A stretch of DNA of 64,000 bases from an uncultured Bacteroidota bacterium (GTDB lineage: Bacteria; Bacteroidota; Bacteroidia; 2-12-FULL-35-15). Positions 31,401 through 38,564 of the stretch are shown here, one piece after another. The first letter of the stretch is position 1. The number at the start of each line of letters is the position of its first letter. The position numbers and the translations under genes were made by a program. The DNA lies in contig CAINDA010000004.1 of NCBI GenBank assembly GCA_903847205.1, positions 210-64,209 of the forward strand. The letters run 5' to 3'. The notes under the pieces were generated by a model, which worked only from the letters and a program-made list of their open reading frames with translations, was not told the origin of the DNA and ran no database searches.

Positions 31401-31696
31401 TTATTTCTTATATCCGCACATTGGCTTTAGGCAGTTCTTTAATAAGTCATGAAGAACGAATTCAAAAAGCTGTGGATAAAGTTCGTAAGATGAAAGAATG
31501 GAACGTGATTCAAAAAAAATGGCTCGACCGTTTTGAAAAGCAATTAATACAAGAAACCGTATTGCATACCGATGACCTAAATACTTCACCATTTAATGAA
31601 GATGGAGGATTTAAAAGATTAGATAAAATTTTTGAAAACCAATTGCAGCAAGTAATTGATACGATAAATGAAAATCTTTATAAAGAAATTGCGTAA
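28457..31696 (+). CDS. hsdR: Type I restriction enzyme R subunit with N-terminal DUF4145/HEPN-like extension
   Basis: The ORF track starts at 28391. The likely start is MAESNFTYLENEF (ATG 28457). N-terminal domain ..AVCIFKLRAFGEKLTEVLF...LLFIVKNKGNDAVHE. PD-(D/E)xK nuclease ADYALFIG...GIVEAKKY. Helicase motifs MATGTGKT, IIIDEAHR, TATP, VDLLTTGIDVP, QMLGRATR. Confidence 0.9.
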   Translation: MAESNFTYLENEFPLLFNLAQSAEYNLYSDSAVCIFKLRAFGEKLTEVLFEKHRLSFPFKNTFHNRLKTLEFEGILPEQVKDLLFIVKNKGNDAVHENKGSVEDAKFLLQEVFKIAKWFYETYSIANQDLKEVRFTCPENLDARHALHVLENDFKQLEDKFSKLLKERQEVALPAEVVKEIKQRSVKAASKIEMSEADTRELIDEQLRQAGWEADTKNINYKKNKTLPKRGKKLAIAEWKIGDKWADYALFIGTQLYGIVEAKKYALDISTDLRQSKIYAELIEEDKNTKLLGRWGNYKVPFLFSTNGRPYLEQIKTKSGIWFLDVRKERGISRPLRGWYSPEGLIKLMEQDTEDANKKLVESDTDFLMHKKGLGLREYQIDAIKAVENRIIQKPDDRRALIAMATGTGKTRTIMGLCYRLIKLNRFKRILFLVDRTLLGIQAINAFKDNKIEGINTFSDTYIVKGLKENVPDIDTRLHFATVQGMVKRILYSDNEEEKIPVDTYDCIIIDEAHRGYLIDKEIDEADLEFKDQRDYVSKYRMVIDYFDAFAIGLTATPALHTTEIFGLPVYTYSYREAVVDGYLIDHDPPFKIKTKLSEEGIKWLKGTKPKGYDKETNSIVELAELQDELEIDIAGFNKLVITESFNKTVIKELVKHLDPESLEKTLIFAATDEHADLVVKCLKEGFGEIGVDVPDDAIQKITGKSYDPIEQVKRYKNEKYPNIAVTVDLLTTGIDVPAIVNIVFLRRVKSRILYEQMLGRATRLCDEIGKESFKIYDAVRLYETLQDYTQMKPVSPNPNTTFEQLKNELGQIDNNDRAKKQIEQIIAKLQRKKKIIKDNEAFKYNAEGKDPESFIHTLRNLPINEGVNKINQLSGLWKFLDELKPSPSVQLVSEHLDEYRGMEQGYGNGQKPADYLESFKTFITENSNKITALNIICTRPKELDRKSLREVKIVLDQAGFNTRFLHAAWKDAKNEDIAADIISYIRTLALGSSLISHEERIQKAVDKVRKMKEWNVIQKKWLDRFEKQLIQETVLHTDDLNTSPFNEDGGFKRLDKIFENQLQQVIDTINENLYKEIA

Positions 31697-32259
31697 TGAG
31701 ATCACGAGATATTATCATAATTGCATTAATCGCAATCATTTTAGTTTTAGGTTGGTTTTTTTTTAATGAAATGAAAAAAAATGAGCTGAAAGAAAAAATG
31801 ATTAGAAGACTCACAGATGAAAATGATGAGCTGAAAAAAGGTTATCTTGATTTATTACAAAAACATTTATTACTCTCTGAAAACACTCCCAAAGATATAA
31901 TAGCAGACATTGAACGATTAAAAGATCAAGTTGTTAATCTCAGTAAAGATGTACATATAGAGTTAGGTTCTGTTATTGATAATGTACGAAATAACAATGG
32001 AGCAAAAGCAGTAAGAGAATTAGGGAAAATTATTGAAAATGTTCTTAAAGAAAAAGCTATAAAAGATGAAAGTTTTAAGAAAACTCCAAGTCTCTTTAAC
32101 CTACTAGAATATGCTAAAAATTGCCATTGGATAAAACCCAATATTCATGCGTATGGAGAATTAATTAGAGAAATAAGAAATAAGGAAAGCCATGATTTAA
32201 ATGTACAAATAGAACCGCATAAAATTGGTTTAGCCATTTTTATGCCGGCATCGACATAA
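31696..32259 (+). CDS. membrane-anchored coiled-coil protein with C-terminal DUF4145/HEPN-like domain (R-x4-H motif)
   Basis: 187 aa. The ATG shares one nt with the hsdR TAA (TAATG). TM helix IIIIALIAIILVLGWFFF, heptad-like KEKMIRRLTDENDELKKGYLDLLQK. C-terminal GAKAVRELGKIIENVLKE...YGELIREIRNKESHD. Confidence 0.55.
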   Translation: MRSRDIIIIALIAIILVLGWFFFNEMKKNELKEKMIRRLTDENDELKKGYLDLLQKHLLLSENTPKDIIADIERLKDQVVNLSKDVHIELGSVIDNVRNNNGAKAVRELGKIIENVLKEKAIKDESFKKTPSLFNLLEYAKNCHWIKPNIHAYGELIREIRNKESHDLNVQIEPHKIGLAIFMPAST

Positions 32260-32281
32260 TGTTTAGTTTAAACGCATTGAT

Positions 32282-33205
32282 ATGAATGATTTAGTGAAAA
32301 ACATAATTGGTCCGCAAAGTCCATCGGATAAAACCGAATTGATTAAACGAATGCGGCTGCATCAAGGGTGGTATAGAGCTTTTGTTTTAAATCAAGAATC
32401 AGGTACTCACCCAAAAAACAAAACAGAAACCATTTGTAGTAGCATTAATAATGGTAAACAATCCGGTTCAAATTTTATTGATGATTATGCTATAAAAGCC
32501 GTTGAAGAAACCTTTAGCACTCGAAGAGATGGGGCAAAGGGTATGATTGATGAATATAGATTGTATAATAATCTATTATCAAGTCAGCCATTGTGTTTTA
32601 ATTTTTTCGGGCGGTTAAAATACAATAAACAACTCGCCTCAAAATTGATTTCACAATTTTTTCCAGTGGTGAAGGAGGTTACCGAAGTTTTATTTGAGTT
32701 TGCTCCAAATGCTTCTAACAACGGTGATAACTCAGCACATGATATTGCAATAGAATTTATTGATAAGGATGGGGAGAATGGTTTAATTGGTATGGAATGT
32801 AAATACACAGAAAACTTTTCTCAAGAGGAATATGACAAACCCAGCTATAGAAAGGCATACGCCGATTCTAAGGCATTTTCTGCCGCTTATGAAGAATTAA
32901 TAAAAAAAGAGTACAATCAACTTTTTAGAAACCAATTAATCGCCGAAACTGCTTTACTTAATAAAAAATACTACACCGTTTATGGTGGTTTATTTTGTTT
33001 TGAAAATGATGGTAATGCTTTAACAAAGGGGGCTTCCTTTCAAAATATGATTGTAAATGGTCATGAAAGATTTAAAGTAATTACCTTTCAAAATTTTATT
33101 GAAACATTGCAGCAACTGAGTTTAGATTGGGAAACCAGAGAATGGACAATGAAACTTTGGACTAGATATACAGCAACAACACTAAGTAATAAAAATTATA
33201 TATGA
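32282..33205 (+). CDS. PD-(D/E)xK nuclease-like protein (putative restriction-endonuclease fold)
   Basis: 307 aa. LLSSQPLCFNFFG, then SAHDIAIEFID...GLIGMECKYTE (D...E-x-K). The stop overlaps the hsdM ATG (ATGA at 33202-33205). Confidence 0.5.
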   Translation: MNDLVKNIIGPQSPSDKTELIKRMRLHQGWYRAFVLNQESGTHPKNKTETICSSINNGKQSGSNFIDDYAIKAVEETFSTRRDGAKGMIDEYRLYNNLLSSQPLCFNFFGRLKYNKQLASKLISQFFPVVKEVTEVLFEFAPNASNNGDNSAHDIAIEFIDKDGENGLIGMECKYTENFSQEEYDKPSYRKAYADSKAFSAAYEELIKKEYNQLFRNQLIAETALLNKKYYTVYGGLFCFENDGNALTKGASFQNMIVNGHERFKVITFQNFIETLQQLSLDWETREWTMKLWTRYTATTLSNKNYI

Positions 33206-34662
33206 GCGCAAGAGAATTAGCCAACAGATTATGGAACCTATGTAACATCTTACGAGATGACGGTGTTACTTATCACGAATACTTAAATGAATTAACGTAC
33301 ATTTTATTTTTACGCTTGTCGGAAGTAAAGGAATTTGAAAATGAAATTCCTAAAAAATTCCGATGGAGTGAGTTAAAAGGTATTAGTGACAATAAAGAGT
33401 TGTTCGATCGTTACCGCGATTTATTGGCGAATATAAGTAAGGAAACAAAAAATAAAAACATCGAAGAAATTTACACCAATGCTTCTACCACACTTCGTAA
33501 GCCGGTTAATCTTAGAACCTTAATTACGGCTATTGATGAAATTGATTGGCACGAAGATGAAGACAAAGATAAAATTGCACACATATACGAAGATTTGCTT
33601 GAGCGCAATGCTGGAGAAAAAAAGAGCGGTGCAGGACAATATTTTACTCCACGTCCTTTAATAAGGGTGATGGTAGACCTATTAGTGCCAAAAACCGGTG
33701 AGAGGTGGAACGACCCTGCCTGCGGTACATTTGGATTTATGATTAGTGCCGACCAATACTTACGCAATAAGTATGACAATTATTATGACTTAGACGCTAA
33801 ACAACGTAAATTTCAAATACACGAAGCCTTTACAGGTTGTGAATTAGTAACAGACGCTCATCGTTTGGCATTAATGAATGCGAAACTGCATGGCATGGAA
33901 AGTACTATTGAGTTAGGCGATACCTTATCTGAAAAAGGAAAACAAATGACTGGTTATGATGGTGTTTTAGCAAACCCGCCATTTGGAACAAAAAAAGGTG
34001 GTGAGCGCCCTACACGTGATGATTTTACTTACCCTACAGCCAATAAGCAATTGAATTTTTTACAACACATTTATCGTTCATTAAAAAAAGATGGCAAAGC
34101 ACGGGCGGCAGTGGTGTTACCGGATAATGTGTTGTTTGAAGATAATGATGGACAAAAAATACGGAGAGATTTAATGGACAAATGCAATTTGCATACTATT
34201 TTACGATTACCAACAGGAATTTTTTATGCCCAAGGAGTTAAAACTAATGTATTGTTTTTTGAACGTGGAAAAACGGAAATTGGGAATACAAAAAATATTT
34301 GGTTTTATGATATGCGCACAAATATGGACAATTTTGGAAAGCGTACGGCTTTTACTTATAACCATTTTGATGATTTCATAAAAGCCTATACTGGAGGTAT
34401 TACAGTCGATAAGCTTATAGATAAATATGATGGTAATATTGATGATAAAAAGAGAGCGAAGATAAAAGATGAGCGCTGGCAATGTTTCACTCGCGGAGAA
34501 ATAGCTAAGAAAAATGACAACATGGATATTGGTTTAATCGCTGATGAAAATATTACTAACACTAATGAACTTGCAAAACCAATGGATATTGCTCGGTTGG
34601 CAATTTTTGAGATTGATGCAATAAAAAAGGAACTAGAGAAAATAACTAAACTATTATCTTAA
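33202..34662 (+). CDS. hsdM: Type I R-M system N6-adenine DNA methyltransferase subunit M
   Basis: 486 aa. HsdM N-domain LWNLCNILRDDGVTYHEYLNELTYILFLRL, AdoMet motif DPACGTFGF, catalytic VLANPPFG. Confidence 0.9.
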   Translation: MSARELANRLWNLCNILRDDGVTYHEYLNELTYILFLRLSEVKEFENEIPKKFRWSELKGISDNKELFDRYRDLLANISKETKNKNIEEIYTNASTTLRKPVNLRTLITAIDEIDWHEDEDKDKIAHIYEDLLERNAGEKKSGAGQYFTPRPLIRVMVDLLVPKTGERWNDPACGTFGFMISADQYLRNKYDNYYDLDAKQRKFQIHEAFTGCELVTDAHRLALMNAKLHGMESTIELGDTLSEKGKQMTGYDGVLANPPFGTKKGGERPTRDDFTYPTANKQLNFLQHIYRSLKKDGKARAAVVLPDNVLFEDNDGQKIRRDLMDKCNLHTILRLPTGIFYAQGVKTNVLFFERGKTEIGNTKNIWFYDMRTNMDNFGKRTAFTYNHFDDFIKAYTGGITVDKLIDKYDGNIDDKKRAKIKDERWQCFTRGEIAKKNDNMDIGLIADENITNTNELAKPMDIARLAIFEIDAIKKELEKITKLLS

Positions 34663-36122
34663 TGGAGGATAAATTGCCAAAAGGGTGGGTAGAAATTTCT
34701 TTAGAAGAAATTGCCGAATGGGGTTCTGGAGGTACGCCTAGTAGAGCCGTTTCAAAATATTTTGAAGGCAACATTCCTTGGATTAAAACAGGAGAGTTAA
34801 ATGACAATGTTATTTATGAAACCGAAGAACATATTTCTGAAGATGCCTTAAAACACTCAAGTGCAAAATTATTCCCCAAAGGCTCTATTGCTATTGCAAT
34901 GTATGGGGCTACAATAGGCAAAACGGCAATCTTAGGTATAGATGCCTCAACTAATCAGGCTTGTGCGATTGCAAAAACGTTTAATGGTGTAAGTAATAAA
35001 TATCTTTATTACTATTTAAAATCAGAAAAACAAAAATTTATTGATAAAGGAAAGGGAGGCGCTCAACCTAATATTTCCCAAACAGTTATTAAATCACATC
35101 CTTTCCCGTTATCTCCAACAAACGAACAAATACGAATTGCAAATAAACTAGATGCAATTTTTGAACACTTAGGAATTGTAAAAGATAAAATGAATACGAT
35201 TCCTCAACTTATAAAACAATTTAAGCAAAGTGTGCTTAGTCAAGCTGTCAGAGGTAATTTGACTATTGAATGGAGAAAAAAAAATAAAAAAGATAATGCC
35301 TATGAGTTTCTTCTTCAGTTAAAAAAAGAAAGACTAAAAACTATTGAAAATAGGCTCAAAGTTAAACTTGATAAAAAGCAAAAAAATTCAGGAAATATTG
35401 AGTTTAATAAACATCAAGAAATTAGCACATGGGCACAAGCGAAACTTGATAATTTAGTTTACATCGCAGCACGCATCGGATGGAGAGGACTAAAGGCGGA
35501 AGAATACACTGAAAATGGTCCCCTTTTCTTATCAGTTCATGGGTTAAATTATGGTGATGAGATTAATTATGATGTCGCATATCATATTTCAGATGAACGA
35601 TATAATGAAAGCTTAGAAATTGCATTACAAGAAGATGATATTTTATTATGTAAAGATGGTGCAGGTATAGGCAAATTGGGCATTGTTAAAAATCTAAATG
35701 AAAAAGCAACAATAAATTCTTCACTTTTATTAATTAGAAGCCTTGAAGCCTTTCATTATAAATTTTTATATTACTTCTTACTTGGCCCTGATTTACAAAA
35801 TATTGTAAAAGCAAGAATGACAGGATCCGCAGTTCCTCATTTATTTCAGAGAGATATTAAGGAATTTATTTTAGATGTCCCTCCATTGTCTGAACAAGTA
35901 GAAATAGTTAAACAAGTTGAACAACTTTTCACTTTAGCTGATTCAATTCAAGAAAAGTTTAATCTCCTTAAAAATCAAATTAGTCTAATTCCTAACTCCA
36001 CTTTAAATAAAGCTTTTAAAGGTGAGTTAGTTAAGCAAGATAAAAATGATGAGCCTGCTGTAAAATTGTTGAAGAGAATCAGACAAGAAAAAGAAAACTT
36101 AAAATCAGTAAAAAAGAAATGA
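34662..36122 (+). CDS. hsdS: Type I R-M system specificity subunit S (two target-recognition domains)
   Basis: 486 aa. Two TRDs, each followed by the conserved helices (FPLSPTNEQIRIANKLDAIF and VPPLSEQVEIVKQVEQLF). TAATG overlap with hsdM. Confidence 0.85.
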   Translation: MEDKLPKGWVEISLEEIAEWGSGGTPSRAVSKYFEGNIPWIKTGELNDNVIYETEEHISEDALKHSSAKLFPKGSIAIAMYGATIGKTAILGIDASTNQACAIAKTFNGVSNKYLYYYLKSEKQKFIDKGKGGAQPNISQTVIKSHPFPLSPTNEQIRIANKLDAIFEHLGIVKDKMNTIPQLIKQFKQSVLSQAVRGNLTIEWRKKNKKDNAYEFLLQLKKERLKTIENRLKVKLDKKQKNSGNIEFNKHQEISTWAQAKLDNLVYIAARIGWRGLKAEEYTENGPLFLSVHGLNYGDEINYDVAYHISDERYNESLEIALQEDDILLCKDGAGIGKLGIVKNLNEKATINSSLLLIRSLEAFHYKFLYYFLLGPDLQNIVKARMTGSAVPHLFQRDIKEFILDVPPLSEQVEIVKQVEQLFTLADSIQEKFNLLKNQISLIPNSTLNKAFKGELVKQDKNDEPAVKLLKRIRQEKENLKSVKKK

Positions 36123-37789
36123 AAATAAAACACCTTTGGGTTTCAAAATATAAAAACGTTGAGGATATTGATTTGACTTTTAAATCCGATTTAATCACCT
36201 TGTTAGTGGGGAAGAATGGCTTAGGTAAATCCAATTTAATTGAAATCCTCGCATTAATTTTTCGTGATTTAGATTTGATTGAAAAATCAGAAGAATTAGA
36301 GAGTTGGGCTTATGATAAGCAACATTTTGAATTCAAAATTACTTATGAATGTAAAAAAAGTGAGGTCACTATTCATTGCTTAGAGGGTACTTTCACTGCA
36401 TGGGAAAAAGCTATCAATAGTAAAAAACAATTTACCGCATTAAGTTTAAAAGAATTTATAGAAAGAAAACGGGGGGAATTCTTGCCTAATTATATAATCG
36501 GATATTATTCCGGAGAAAATAAAAGGATTAGAGATATAATTAGACCATACGAAGAGAACAATTGGAAACTGCTCAAAAAAAATGAAGGTACAACTAATGG
36601 TCTCAGGCGTATGTTTTTTGCAGAAAATCATCACTCACAACTGTTATTATTCACTTTGCTTTTATATCAAGAACAAAACACGGATATTAATCTTAAAAAG
36701 AGAGCCACTAAATTATTTAAAGAATACACAACCATAGGTAAAGTAGAAGACATTGGTTTAGAATTAAAAAACCCTTCTTGGTATGATAGAAGAAACAAAG
36801 AGCTTTCTAGACGAAGCGTCTATCAATTAGTTGAAAATATAATTGGCAAAGAAAAATTGAGTTTTCCATTTTGGAATGCCAAAGGAATTTCGGATAAAAT
36901 ATTTCGCTTTTTGTATGAAAATTCAAAGTTAGATCCTATTTACTATGAGGAAAAAAGTAGTTTTGATGGAAGAAGAGAGGTTGTTGAAAAGCTGAGTTTT
37001 AATCCAATAGATTATAAATCTGCCGGTAAATCTGTTTACAAAATATTTGGTCATCCTATCAATTTTTTTGAAGCTCTGGAATCATTGGTAATTATAGAAT
37101 CTTTAGATAAAATTGTACTTTCTGTTTTAGCAAAAAACAACTCAAAGACCAAACTAAATTATAGAGAATTCAGTGAAGGTGAACAACAACTAATAACTGT
37201 GTTAGGGCTTATATTAATAACGGGGAAAGACGACTGCTTATTTTTATTGGATGAGCCGGACACTCATCTAAATCCTGATTGGCAACGTGACTATGTAAAG
37301 CTCATAACTCACTTTAATTTAAACGACAAAAATAGCCATATTTTTATCGCGACTCATAGCCCCTTAATTGTTCAGGCTGGTGAAAAAGCCGATATCATTT
37401 TGTTTCATAAGAACAGTAAAGGGAAAATTGTTGCGGAAAAAAATGTTATGAATATTCATAATTATAGAATTGACCAAGTTCTTGCAAGTAAGTATTTTGA
37501 GTTTAAAAATACTAGGCCACCTAATATTGATTCTTTTATGTTGAAAAGGGAAAAACTCTTATCAAAGCCTAAAATTTCTTCGAAAGACCTTAACGAGCTA
37601 AAGGTGATTGAAAACAACACCGGACTTTTACCAAACGGAGAAACACTTGAAGATTTTTTTGCAATGAGCTCAATCCGAATATTGGCTGAAAAATTAAAAA
37701 CAAATGATACAAATAAAAAAAAGCAAAAAACCTCCAATAGTAAAGTACGTAGTAGCAAATCATCCAAATTTCGGGCAAGAAAAGTATAA
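36119..37789 (+). CDS. ABC/SMC-type AAA ATPase, Septu PtuA-like (restriction-system-associated ATPase)
   Basis: 556 aa. Walker A LLVGKNGLGKSNLIE, signature-like FSEGEQQLI, Walker B LFLLDEPDTHLNPDWQ, H-loop ATHSPLIV. ATGA overlap with hsdS. Lys/Ser-rich C-terminal tail overlaps the next gene. Confidence 0.65.
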   Translation: MKIKHLWVSKYKNVEDIDLTFKSDLITLLVGKNGLGKSNLIEILALIFRDLDLIEKSEELESWAYDKQHFEFKITYECKKSEVTIHCLEGTFTAWEKAINSKKQFTALSLKEFIERKRGEFLPNYIIGYYSGENKRIRDIIRPYEENNWKLLKKNEGTTNGLRRMFFAENHHSQLLLFTLLLYQEQNTDINLKKRATKLFKEYTTIGKVEDIGLELKNPSWYDRRNKELSRRSVYQLVENIIGKEKLSFPFWNAKGISDKIFRFLYENSKLDPIYYEEKSSFDGRREVVEKLSFNPIDYKSAGKSVYKIFGHPINFFEALESLVIIESLDKIVLSVLAKNNSKTKLNYREFSEGEQQLITVLGLILITGKDDCLFLLDEPDTHLNPDWQRDYVKLITHFNLNDKNSHIFIATHSPLIVQAGEKADIILFHKNSKGKIVAEKNVMNIHNYRIDQVLASKYFEFKNTRPPNIDSFMLKREKLLSKPKISSKDLNELKVIENNTGLLPNGETLEDFFAMSSIRILAEKLKTNDTNKKKQKTSNSKVRSSKSSKFRARKV

Positions 37790-38492
37790 AGTAGCAACTA
37801 ATAAGATTTGCAATGATTTTAGGAACAATAGGGCATCGTTTTTAGTAGCTGGGAAAATATTTAGTGATGATTTTGGTGCAAATGAATTTAGGACTGCACT
37901 AATTTCTTATCAAGGGAATAAATGTTGTTATTGTGAAAAGGCCATTGGAAATGGTCAGATTGAACACTATCGTCCAAAATCCGCTTATCAAGCAGCAAGA
38001 GGTTCTTCTTTGATAAGGCCGGGTTACTATTGGTTAGCTTATGAGTGGGATAATTTTTTAATCTCATGTAGTGATTGTAATCAAGCTGATAGAAAAGGAA
38101 CTTTATTTCCAGTTTTTTCAACAAAAAGAGCAAAGAAACCATCCGACCCTCTTAATAGTGAAAAACCTATTATTATTAATCCTTCAAAAGAAAACCCTTC
38201 AAAGTATATAACATTTAACTTATCTATTCCAGTTGGGATTGATAAAAAAGGAAGGGGGAATGCAAACATTAAAATATTTGACCTGAAAAACAGACCTGAT
38301 TTAACCTCTTCAAGAGAAGACATATTAGAAGTATATAAAACAAAAAAAATAATAGCCTCAATTAAAACTCCAATGATTGGAATTACATTAAAAACAATAA
38401 AGGAGGCAAAAATATATCTTAAAAATCGTAAAAATGCTAAACAACCATTTTCAGGTATGTTGATTGAAAACATAAAAAATGGATTAATTTAA
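37704..38492 (+). CDS. HNH endonuclease, TIGR02646/PtuB-like
   Basis: 262 aa. MIQIKKSKKPPIVKY N-terminus, CCYCEKAIGNGQIEHYRPKS...WDNFLISCSDCNQ..KGTLFP (CxxC...H...N...CxxC). The only ATG upstream of the HNH core is 37704, giving an 86-nt overlap with the ATPase gene. Confidence 0.65.
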   Translation: MIQIKKSKKPPIVKYVVANHPNFGQEKYKVATNKICNDFRNNRASFLVAGKIFSDDFGANEFRTALISYQGNKCCYCEKAIGNGQIEHYRPKSAYQAARGSSLIRPGYYWLAYEWDNFLISCSDCNQADRKGTLFPVFSTKRAKKPSDPLNSEKPIIINPSKENPSKYITFNLSIPVGIDKKGRGNANIKIFDLKNRPDLTSSREDILEVYKTKKIIASIKTPMIGITLKTIKEAKIYLKNRKNAKQPFSGMLIENIKNGLI

Positions 38493-38564
38493 ATTATAAT
38501 ATGCCTTTGAACTTGAAAAAATAAAACGATAATGCTTTAAAAAAAACAATTAAAAAATTTAATT

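Noticed and set aside
34662-36122. Possibility of a phase-variable hsdS shufflon driven by the island recombinase
   Set aside because: I saw no additional hsdS half-genes and no inverted repeats within or next to hsdS. The recombinase is 9 kb away at the island end, consistent with an integrase role.
2784-38473. Numerous antisense or nested ORFs inside long genes (for example 2784..3191, 6542..7496, 11660..11956, 18958..19290, 22129..22605, 31201..31814, 33471..33779, 37462..38473)
   Set aside because: Each lies wholly within, and antisense or out of frame to, a gene with strong motif support. Compositions are typical of shadow ORFs.
36119-38492. Retron association of the PtuA/PtuB-like pair
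   Set aside because: Retron-Septu loci need a reverse transcriptase and an msr/msd RNA. No RT-like ORF (no YxDD motif protein) is present anywhere in the window.
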